Assembly (NCBI GenBank): GCA_049115715.1
Contig: JAGDZQ010000007.1
Coordinates: forward strand, 35,714-99,713
DNA: 64,000 nt
From: Cyclobacteriaceae bacterium
GTDB taxonomy: Bacteria > Bacteroidota > Bacteroidia > Cytophagales > Cyclobacteriaceae
Reading direction: 5' to 3'
Of the stretch, positions 9,334 through 17,443 are shown piece after piece. Position 1 is the stretch's first letter. Every line of letters begins with the position of its first letter. Both the position numbers and the translations under genes were made by a program. The notes beneath the pieces are model-generated. The model saw only the letters and a program-made list of their open reading frames with translations. It had not been told where the DNA came from and did no database searches.

Positions 9334-10035
9334 TTAGTTCTGGGGCTTCCCATTTGGCCTAAGCGGTCTTAGTTCTAAATCCGCTGGCAGTAGATTAGGA
9401 TGTGTATTCAGTAAATCCAAAATTGCTTTTCCAATATCCGATGCTCGCATCATATTATCATTGGCATTCATCGCTTCGATGTTATCAAAAAAATTGGTCT
9501 GAACGCTTCCCGGATACACAGTGGTAACCTTAATTCCCCAATCTCTTAACTCCATCATCAATGAATGACCAAATCCGGTCACGGCATGTTTAGTAGCGAC
9601 ATAACCGCTCAAATTCTTAACTCCATTCAGTCCGGCGATTGAACTTACATTGATTATATGTCCCTGATCCATTCTTTTCATTGCAGGAACCACCATTTTG
9701 GTGCAGTACATCAATCCATGAACATTGACATCAAACATTGATTTCCAATCTTCAATCTTAAGTTTTTCGATCGAACCCATTATTCCAAATCCGGCATTGT
9801 TAATCAAAATATGGATGTCATCTCCAAGAAAACTCACAGATTCTGCATGCGCTTTTTGAACCTGATTCCAGTCGCTCACATCAACTTTGACAAAAGAAAA
9901 ATTCACATGATCAATATCAGGCTCATTTCTACTCCAGCCAGCAACTTTTACGCCAGCATCGAGGAGCTGATTCACGGTTTCCAAGCCTATTCCTTTACTT
10001 ACTCCTGTTACAATTGCATTTTTGCCCTTCAGCAT
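9334..10035 (-). CDS. SDR family oxidoreductase
   Basis: TGVSKGIG, NNAG, YVATK (YxxxK); directly abuts the gldA start. Confidence 0.9.
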   Translation of the reverse strand: MLKGKNAIVTGVSKGIGLETVNQLLDAGVKVAGWSRNEPDIDHVNFSFVKVDVSDWNQVQKAHAESVSFLGDDIHILINNAGFGIMGSIEKLKIEDWKSMFDVNVHGLMYCTKMVVPAMKRMDQGHIINVSSIAGLNGVKNLSGYVATKHAVTGFGHSLMMELRDWGIKVTTVYPGSVQTNFFDNIEAMNANDNMMRASDIGKAILDLLNTHPNLLPADLELRPLRPNGKPQN

Positions 10036-10250
10036 AGAAATCTATTATTTTTTTAATATTGCCTTTCCAAGACGTAATGGAGAACGTTCCTTTGAAACCA
10101 AGAGAAAGTCAAATTGACAATTGGCTTCTTTCGGTCGAAAGAACAATTTTTATTCAAATGAATATTGAAACGCAATATTCACCCATTTTATTTTCAATCC
10201 AAAACTTAAACAGGGCAGTAATAGTTCTGTTGTGTACATAAAGAACAGGG

Positions 10251-10778
10251 ATGATTACGATAGTGTGTAGTACAAACAGGACAGATTCTGTTTCCTCCAA
10301 GATAAGTCGGCAATACAGCCACATTCTCGATGAGAAAGGGGTGGCGAATCAAATAATTGATCTTAAAAACCTACCTCAAGATTTTATAGTTAGTGCGCTG
10401 TACGAAAATTCCGGGAAGAACAAAATTTTTAATCCATTTAGGAAAATCATGAAAGAGAGTGAAAAATTCGTTTTTGTAGTCCCTGAGTACAATGGATCTT
10501 TTCCCGGGGTATTAAAAGCATTTATCGATGGATTGGAATATCCCGGAACTTTCAAAAATAAGAAATGCGCGCTGGTCGGACTATCATCCGGCATACAAGG
10601 AGCAGGTTTAGCACTAAGTCACCTGACCGATATCTTCAACTACTGCGGCATGAACGTACTCGCTCAAAAAGTGAAGCTTGCAAGTATCGAGGCTAATACT
10701 GATAATGAACTTAATATCACCAATGAGCTTTATCTTCAACTACTACACGAGCAAGCTGACTTGCTTTTAAAATTCTGA
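10251..10778 (+). CDS. NADPH-dependent FMN reductase family
   Basis: STNRTDS, PEYNGSFPGVLKAFID motifs. Confidence 0.9.
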   Translation: MITIVCSTNRTDSVSSKISRQYSHILDEKGVANQIIDLKNLPQDFIVSALYENSGKNKIFNPFRKIMKESEKFVFVVPEYNGSFPGVLKAFIDGLEYPGTFKNKKCALVGLSSGIQGAGLALSHLTDIFNYCGMNVLAQKVKLASIEANTDNELNITNELYLQLLHEQADLLLKF

Positions 10779-10819
10779 TAAAAACACATCTCATCAGCCA
10801 AAATAAATAGTCAAAAATC

Positions 10820-10827
10820 TATATTTG
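10820..10827 (+). promoter_or_regulatory. Bacteroidota sigma-ABfr -7 box upstream of DUF4494 gene
   Basis: TATATTTG matches TAnnTTTG about 33 nt upstream of the ATG. Confidence 0.5.
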
Positions 10828-10859
10828 CCGACCTTTCAAAAACTCAAAGAAAAACTCAG

Positions 10860-11348
10860 ATGAAGACTTGGTATTCGTGTAAAGTAAAATATTCAAAAGA
10901 GCAAGAAAACGGTATGCTAAAGCAGGTAACTGAAGCATACTTGGTCGATGCGCTATCGTACACAGAAGCCGAATCCAGGATTTATGAGGCAATGGAAAGA
11001 GACATCAGAGGAGAGTTTGCCGTCACTCAAATCACTAAGACAAATATCTCAGAAATCATCAAAGAGGAAAACGAAAGCGCCGAGGACTGGTACAAGTGCA
11101 AAATAGTGTACTCCACAGTAGATGGGGATTCTGATAAAGAAGTAACCATTACCAATTATTTCCTTGCTGCAGCTGATAATATCACAGACAGTATAGAAAA
11201 GACAAAAGAGTTTCTCAACTCCATGATAGTACCTTATTCGATTCCATCGGTTTCCTTAACCAAAATCATGGATGTATTTGAGTATGGAGAAGAGCGAATT
11301 CCTCCCAATTTAAAGCCAATGAGCGAAATCACTGAGCAAGCGGAGTAA
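10860..11348 (+). CDS. DUF4494 domain protein
   Basis: WYSCKVKY...EAYLVDALSYTEAESRI and second repeat WYKCKIVY...TKIMDVF. Confidence 0.85.
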   Translation: MKTWYSCKVKYSKEQENGMLKQVTEAYLVDALSYTEAESRIYEAMERDIRGEFAVTQITKTNISEIIKEENESAEDWYKCKIVYSTVDGDSDKEVTITNYFLAAADNITDSIEKTKEFLNSMIVPYSIPSVSLTKIMDVFEYGEERIPPNLKPMSEITEQAE

Positions 11349-11350
11349 CG

Positions 11351-12880
11351 CTATAAGTTCTTACTCCATGCTTCGTACAATTTCTTCTGACTATCGGTCA
11401 TCTCTTTCACATGTGATATAGAGGGTCTACCCTCTTCATCACGAACAAGCTGCAATCCTATTTTTGATAGGTATTCTGCGTGAGGTAATGGATTGACATT
11501 CAAAATATAGCTATTAAAAAAATCTTCAATCTCTGGGTAAGTCATAGCAACTATATCATCGAAGAAAGTCTCCTCCGATACAGGGTTTCCTTTTCCGTAC
11601 TTAGCTATTAAATCCAATATAAGTTCTCTTAGTCCTGACTCACCATCGGAGAGTTCCAAAAGTTTTATATCCAAAAGTCCAGCGACCAGAGATCCCCTAA
11701 AATAGATATTGCCATATTGCTTTGCGGCCTCTCCCCCATCAAAAGATTCATCAGATATTTTCTTAAGACTCCATGACGAATCAAAATAATACTCATCTAC
11801 TAGCATTTTATAAGACAAAGCATCTTCCAAATAGCTATCTACATCTACTACACCTCCTCTGAACAACAGAATATTAGAAGCCCACTCTGTCACACCTTCA
11901 TAGAGCCATAAGTGCACAGAGGTGGTCGGCTCAACAAAGTTGAATGTCTCAACAATCTCGCTGTGAATATTTAAAGGAGTTACAATATGAAAAAATTCAT
12001 GCGAAGCTATATCAGTGACTGATTTCATAAAATCAGGAGTTGGTTCTCCTTCCTTCAGCACGTATTCTGAGCTATATGAATGCTCCCAAGCGCCTGTTGT
12101 TCCAATTATATCCGGTTCGAAAAAAAAGAGAAATGTATACTCTTCCACTGGAAGCTCAATAAGAAATTCCCTAGAGGCATCAAGCATATCTGCCATGTTG
12201 GTAAGCAGCAATTCCGAGTTAATTTTTTTCTGGCTTGAATAGGTATATATCTTCACCTTGGTACTAGCGATAGTAGTTTCAGCAAATGACAAATCCCCAA
12301 AAAGGATTGGAGAGTCTACTGCATGATCGAAATCATCAGCTTTAAATCCATTTCCAGAACTTGGTAGCGCAGTTCCAACCTTCCAGCTTGGGTCACCCTT
12401 CAACTGAATCTGTATAGGACTTTGCTGGTAGCCTTCGAAGTAGCCAATCAAAGTATGGGCATTGATCAAAGTATGGTCTTTTTCTATGGAAGAACCAGCC
12501 ATTAAATATATTGGATATTCTTCTAGTGGAGTATCGAAGGTCTCTGCCACTTTGTAGCTAATCGTTTTGACTTTTTGAGGTCTTTCAATTTCGAATTGAT
12601 TCACTGATTTCCTCGAAACGCCAATTTCATTCCCCTTCTTATCAAAGACCTTAAAATCACTTACCAAACGTCCTATATTCATAGTTTGGTAAGTTCAGGG
12701 AGCTGTAGCAGCAAACTGATAAATGCCGCTTGACTTTTTGACTTTAGCATCCACAGTAAGCGACACATAAAAAGTATCCAAACTTTGAGTAACGTCAATA
12801 TTGTAACTCATGATAGGAGATTTTTGAGCAAAAGTTGGGATCGTTACTAAGATGCAAACAATTAGATAGAAGTATTTCAT
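11351..12880 (-). pseudogene. M61-like (glycyl aminopeptidase) secreted metallopeptidase split by one in-frame TGA at 12695-12697
   Basis: ORFs 12695..12880 (signal peptide) and 11351..12682 are in one frame: ...FAATAP-TGA-TYQT-MNIGR. The downstream part has HEFFH plus WLYEGVTE. Confidence 0.8.
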
Positions 12881-13232
12881 AGTTTCATAATTTAACTCTT
12901 AGTACGGATTACAAACACGAAACAATTAACTGTTTTTACTGAAGGTAAAAACTAATGTTAATCGGACTTCCAATGTGAGTAGAATCTTCATTCATTTCAC
13001 TATCAAAAGATAGTAGTCTTGAAAAAAGAATACTTTTTTAAAAAAAAATTATAGTTGAGGAATCCCTTCTCTTTTCTTTCAAAAGCCCTTTCATCATAAA
13101 CTGAGTGAGTTGTTCGCATATTTAGCATACTATCCGATGATAAAAGGGCTCGCAATCCTCAATTTGTTCCATTAAATTAATAGAGCGAACACTTATGAGA
13201 CTGTAACCAGAAAAACCAAAATCAGCAAAAAA

Positions 13233-13619
13233 ATGATAAAAAAAGACTTTTTAACCGAATTCATGGAGGCCATGGAAAACGACGTAAAAGGTATCATAGC
13301 AGTAGCTATAGTTGAAATGGAATCTGGAATGACCCTGGTCTCAAAGAGTTTTGCCAAGAACTTTGACCCTGAAGTAGCTTCAGCTTACAATGTGGAAGTG
13401 GTCAAAGCTAAGCTCGCAGCTATGAAAGCACTCAAATTAGAAAAAACGGATTCCATAGATGACATACTAATAACGCTAACCAGCCAAATTCACTTGCTAA
13501 AAATAACCCCGTCAGCAAAACACCTAATCTACCTAGCCGTAGATTCAAAAGAAGCCAACTTAGGAATGGTCCGTTCGATACTAAGACTAAATACCGCAGA
13601 TATAGACGAAAACTTATAA
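13233..13619 (+). CDS. Roadblock/LC7 (MglB-like) domain protein
   Basis: AVAIVEMESGMTL...EVASAYNVEVVKAKL...DDILITLTSQIHL...YLAVD...ANLGMVR pattern, recognised by eye. Confidence 0.7.
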   Translation: MIKKDFLTEFMEAMENDVKGIIAVAIVEMESGMTLVSKSFAKNFDPEVASAYNVEVVKAKLAAMKALKLEKTDSIDDILITLTSQIHLLKITPSAKHLIYLAVDSKEANLGMVRSILRLNTADIDENL

Positions 13620-13637
13620 CTTAAAAAAAGACCAGCT

Positions 13638-14012
13638 ATGAATTTTAAAATCAATCCCACAAACACCACTCCTTATGTAAGCATAGACCCATTGACAAAA
13701 TCTTTCGATATGAAAGGTAGGTCAAGCCCAGAAAGTGCAGTGATGTTTTACAGTCCAGTTATTTACAGCATAAAAGATTCCGTAAAAGAGGTTGAAAGCT
13801 TTAGTTTCAATTTCGACATGGAGTACTTTAACACAAGTTCATCCAAATGCATATTTGATATCCTGAAAGTTGCTAAAACAGCCAGAAACTCAGGTCAAAG
13901 CATAATAGTCAATTGGTACTACGAGGATTGGGATGAAGATATGCGTGAAGCAGGAGAAGATTATGAACACATTCTCAAAATCCCTTTCAACTATATTGAG
14001 CTTAGCAAGTAA
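13638..14012 (+). CDS. SiaC-family (DUF1987) regulatory phosphoprotein
   Basis: TNTTPYV, GRSSPE, EYFNTSSSK (phospho-Thr motif), VNWYYEDWDEDMREAGEDY. Confidence 0.88.
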   Translation: MNFKINPTNTTPYVSIDPLTKSFDMKGRSSPESAVMFYSPVIYSIKDSVKEVESFSFNFDMEYFNTSSSKCIFDILKVAKTARNSGQSIIVNWYYEDWDEDMREAGEDYEHILKIPFNYIELSK

Positions 14013-14018
14013 ACTGTT

Positions 14019-14060
14019 TTAAGAAACTGCTCTTCAATTGATTGAAGAGCAGTTTCTTAA
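14019..14060. terminator. 20-bp perfect inverted repeat after SiaC gene, probable terminator
   Basis: TTAAGAAACTGCTCTTCAAT-TG-ATTGAAGAGCAGTTTCTTAA. Confidence 0.75.
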
Positions 14061-14113
14061 GCTGTTCCACAAGTAATCATTCCCAAAAACAATTTTGAAA
14101 TAAAAATAGTCCC

Positions 14114-14165
14114 TTATGTAGTTAGCTACATAAATATTTATAACTTTATGTAGCTAACTACATAA
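14114..14165 (+). promoter_or_regulatory. Tandem palindromic operators of the MarR operon
   Basis: TTATGTAG-TTAG-CTACATAA (14114-14133) and TTATGTAG-CTAA-CTACATAA (14146-14165); the second ends 1 nt before the ATG. Confidence 0.8.
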
Positions 14166-14166
14166 T

Positions 14167-14643
14167 ATGAAAGATTTCGCCACAGAATTAGGATGTCTCG
14201 GTTTCACAATGAGATTAAAAAGGCTAAGTGATGCCTTGATTCACGATGGAAGAAAGATGTACAAAGAATTGGGCATTGACATTGAACCAAACTGGTATAT
14301 CGTGTTTCGTCTGATCAAGCGAAACGGTGAAATGTCAGTAACCGAAATAGCCGATGCGATAAGACTCGCTCACCCTTCGGTAATCTCGATTACAAATAAA
14401 ATGATGAAAGCCGACTACCTATACTCTACCCCATGTAGCCTTGATAACAGAAGAAGAGTTCTTAATCTCACAGAAAAAGCAAAGAACAAACTTCCTGAAC
14501 TTGAAAAAATATGGGATGCGGGTGAAAGAGGCATCATAGAAGCTCTTAAGGACACAGACGCAATGCAAATGCTGATTACACTTGAGGAACGCTTCACTAA
14601 TAAAGGATTTAAGGATAGGACTTTAGAAGAACTAAATAATTAA
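14167..14643 (+). CDS. MarR family transcriptional regulator
   Basis: Winged HTH: MSVTEIADAIRLAHPSVISITNKM...DNRRRVLNLTEK. Confidence 0.9.
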   Translation: MKDFATELGCLGFTMRLKRLSDALIHDGRKMYKELGIDIEPNWYIVFRLIKRNGEMSVTEIADAIRLAHPSVISITNKMMKADYLYSTPCSLDNRRRVLNLTEKAKNKLPELEKIWDAGERGIIEALKDTDAMQMLITLEERFTNKGFKDRTLEELNN

Positions 14644-14646
14644 AGT

Positions 14647-15132
14647 ATGGAAAAGGTTTTAAAATCAAAATCAACGGTCAAACTCATTGATTTCCAAGAA
14701 GCGTACACAGCAGATTTCGCGAGACTTAATTATGAATGGCTCGAAAAACATTTCACGGTTGAGCCTCATGACAGGGAAATGCTCGATTACCCAATTGAGT
14801 CAATCATCAATACAGGAGGTCAAATATTCTTCGCAAAATACGAGAATGAAATTGTAGGAACCGCTGCGCTAGTTGAGGAAGATAAGGACACATTCGAACT
14901 AGCCAAAATGGGTGTCACTACCAAATATCAGGGACTGAAAATTGGGTACAAGCTCATTCTATATGCGATAGAAAAAGCCAAGCAGGCTGGGAAAAAGAAA
15001 CTAGTTTTAGAGTCCTGCAGAAAGCTCGTACCAGCCGTCAACTTATATAAGAAAGTTGGCTTTGTTGAAGTAGCTCATACAGGTTGTTCACCTTACACCA
15101 GATGTGACATTAGAATGAGCTTGGATATATAA
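14647..15132 (+). CDS. GNAT family N-acetyltransferase
   Basis: FARLNYEWLEKHF, ELAKMGVTTKYQGLKIG acetyl-CoA motif, AVNLYKKVGF. Confidence 0.9.
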   Translation: MEKVLKSKSTVKLIDFQEAYTADFARLNYEWLEKHFTVEPHDREMLDYPIESIINTGGQIFFAKYENEIVGTAALVEEDKDTFELAKMGVTTKYQGLKIGYKLILYAIEKAKQAGKKKLVLESCRKLVPAVNLYKKVGFVEVAHTGCSPYTRCDIRMSLDI

Positions 15133-15347
15133 TGATAGAGCCAATAGGATATATTGCTCTCGGTCTAGGCCTTCTGGCGCTAAGCATGAAGCAAATGATT
15201 TTTTTACGAATCATTCACTGTCTTTCTGCAGTAACTTATGTGATTTATGGGATGCTAATAGAAGCCAATCCTTTAATTCTTGCAGGTATACTTTTTATTT
15301 TCATTCACTTATATCACCTTCTAAAAAAGACCCCTCAAAATGAGTAA
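15132..15347 (+). CDS. Small inner-membrane protein (YgjV-like)
   Basis: 71 aa, 2-3 hydrophobic helices, IGYIA...LRII...YVIYGMLI; translationally coupled on both sides. Confidence 0.65.
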   Translation: MIEPIGYIALGLGLLALSMKQMIFLRIIHCLSAVTYVIYGMLIEANPLILAGILFIFIHLYHLLKKTPQNE

Positions 15348-16275
15348 AAGTTATTCATATCGGTTTCTCATCATTTTAAGTTTCTTGGCTATATATCTCA
15401 TTTGGGGTACTACTTATCTGGCTATTGTAATTGGTGTGAAGGAAATCCCTCCTTTCATGATGGCGTTCATCCGATTTTTCACCGCAGGACTTATTCTGGT
15501 AGCTTATGTTCTATTTAAGCGGGAGAAGTTTCCATCAGCAAAAACACTTCTCAATAACTTGATAGTGGGAAGTATTATAATGGTTGGGGGTCAAGGCATG
15601 CTTTTTTGGTCCGAGCAATACATTACTTCTGGTTTTGCTTCCATCCTCATCGCTACGCTTCCACTCTGGTTCATCGTCATGGATAAGAGGCACTGGAGAT
15701 TATATTTTACCAATCCATATATTATTGTGGGATTGATCATTGGTTTCGTCGGGATAGTTGTCCTATTTAATGATAAGCTCAATGAACCTATTCCCGAGGA
15801 AGCAATTCAATTGCAATTGATCGCATCAATTGCGGTATTGGTTGGAGGCATGTGCTGGGTAGTAGGCACCATTTATTATCGGTCTTACCCCTCTCCAGGA
15901 TCCATGTATTCCAATCTAGGTTGGCAATTGATCTTATCTTCGTTTGTGTGTCTATTGATTAGCCTTATTTTGAATGAGAATCAGGAAATGATATGGAGTA
16001 ACGTTTCTCCGGAAGCATGGTTTTCTGTACTATATCTCTCTATCGCTGGTTCTGTGATTGCTTTTATAGCGTACACCTGGCTACTCAATGAAGTTCCGTC
16101 TGCAATAGTGAGTACGTATGCTTACATAAATCCCATAATCGCAGTTTTCGTTGGTTGGTTAATCGCAGACGAGCTTATCACAGGAGATCAGGCATTGGGA
16201 ATGGCCATCATTCTAGCAAGTGCTATTTTGGTCAACTTGAGTAAAGGAAAAGCACTCAACACCAAAGAATCCTAG
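15340..16275 (+). CDS. EamA/DMT family transporter
   Basis: IYLIWGTTYLAI, GSVIAFIAYTWLL, STYAYINPIIAV; about 10 TM helices. Confidence 0.92.
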   Translation: MSKSYSYRFLIILSFLAIYLIWGTTYLAIVIGVKEIPPFMMAFIRFFTAGLILVAYVLFKREKFPSAKTLLNNLIVGSIIMVGGQGMLFWSEQYITSGFASILIATLPLWFIVMDKRHWRLYFTNPYIIVGLIIGFVGIVVLFNDKLNEPIPEEAIQLQLIASIAVLVGGMCWVVGTIYYRSYPSPGSMYSNLGWQLILSSFVCLLISLILNENQEMIWSNVSPEAWFSVLYLSIAGSVIAFIAYTWLLNEVPSAIVSTYAYINPIIAVFVGWLIADELITGDQALGMAIILASAILVNLSKGKALNTKES

Positions 16276-16543
16276 CAATCTGAAAAAGAGCAATCTTTAC
16301 CCGCTTTTTCCGGCATCTATTTTCAAATGATTTAGACCAAGGTATAGAATCGTTTTCGACGTTGGAAGATTCTGAAGCTAAAGACTCGGGGTTGATAGCG
16401 AAAGGTTCATTATTTATGATGCTATCAGATAGATAAGTTCATTGAACCGTCGAAGAAAAAAAGCAAGAAATATTTCCTTTCTAATAGCATCTTAAAAACG
16501 CAAGATTTGTAATCTTACGTAAGAATATTCTCTAACCCGCAAC

Positions 16544-17443
16544 ATGCGCGCACCTCTTGTATCTGTTATTTGTCTTTGCTATAATCAAGAAAAGCATGTT
16601 CAAGCAGCTATACAATCTGTATTCAATCAGACTTATAAAAACATAGAACTAATTGTAGTCGATGATGCCAGTCAAGATGGAAGTAGAGAAAAAATAGAGG
16701 AAATTCTTAGCGGGAAGAGCATCTGGTTTATACCCTTGGAGAAGAACGTAGGAAACTGCAAAGCTTTTAATATTGGTTTTGAGTCAAGTAAGGGGGAATA
16801 TATTATTGATCTTGCTGCGGACGATATGCTACTTCCTCCTCGCATCGAAATAGGCATCAACGATTTTGCCAACAGTTCAGAAAAATCAGGAGTACATTTT
16901 TCCGATGCTTTTATATCCAATGAGCAAGGTCAAATACTTTTTACTCATCATAAAAGAAATCATTCTGGAGAACTAGCAGATCCAATTCCTCAGGGAGATA
17001 TTTACAATGAGCTCATTCATCGGTATTTCGTTTCACCTACTACTATGATGATCAAAAGACAAGTACTGGAAGAACTCAATGGATATGACGAAACCCTATA
17101 CTTTGAGGATTTTGATTTTTGGATTCGATCAGCGAGGCACTATCATTATATTTTCTACAAAGCTCCACTTGTAAAAAAGAGAAAAGTATCCAAATCTCAT
17201 TCCAGCACACAAAATCAACTACTAAATAAACATCAAGAATCTACATTTAGGGTCTGTCAAAAAATTTTTGACCTTAATAAAAACCCTCAGGAATATCAAT
17301 CTCTTGTTAAGCGCAGCAAATATGAGATCAAACAATGCTTGAGAACATTGAACTTTCGATTAATTCCGAAATACTTAAAACTAATCTCCAATTCTAAATC
17401 AGCCTATCGACGGTTATCATCCCCTTCCAACATAGAGATATAA
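16544..17443 (+). CDS. Glycosyltransferase family 2
   Basis: VSVICLCYNQ, IVVDDASQDGS, DLAADD, FEDFDFWIR. Confidence 0.9.
   Translation: MRAPLVSVICLCYNQEKHVQAAIQSVFNQTYKNIELIVVDDASQDGSREKIEEILSGKSIWFIPLEKNVGNCKAFNIGFESSKGEYIIDLAADDMLLPPRIEIGINDFANSSEKSGVHFSDAFISNEQGQILFTHHKRNHSGELADPIPQGDIYNELIHRYFVSPTTMMIKRQVLEELNGYDETLYFEDFDFWIRSARHYHYIFYKAPLVKKRKVSKSHSSTQNQLLNKHQESTFRVCQKIFDLNKNPQEYQSLVKRSKYEIKQCLRTLNFRLIPKYLKLISNSKSAYRRLSSPSNIEI

Noticed and set aside
12695-12697. TGA recoding (genetic code 4/25) or selenocysteine as explanation for the peptidase stop
   Set aside because: TGA is a real stop in this genome (gldF, murD and the FMN reductase end in TGA, two of them overlapping the next ATG). 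The position corresponds to Gly, not Cys, and no sel genes are in view.
13035-13048. T6-A9 homopolymer as a phase-variation switch
   Set aside because: Short, intergenic and in very AT-rich DNA; no evidence of length variation from one sequence.
13080-13200. c-di-GMP-I riboswitch match (GGGCTCGCAA resembles GGGACGCAAAG)
   Set aside because: The GGCAAACC and GAAA-tetraloop elements are missing; kept only as an unclassified structure candidate.
16260-16500. Minus-strand stop-interrupted reading (TYLSDSIINNEPFAINPESLASESS...) as a gene remnant
   Set aside because: No start, no recognisable family; cannot be distinguished from chance without BLASTx.
17404-17443. 40-nt tail-to-tail overlap of GT2 and rsgA (also 8 nt at 24834-24841)
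   Set aside because: Short convergent overlaps are common in compact genomes.
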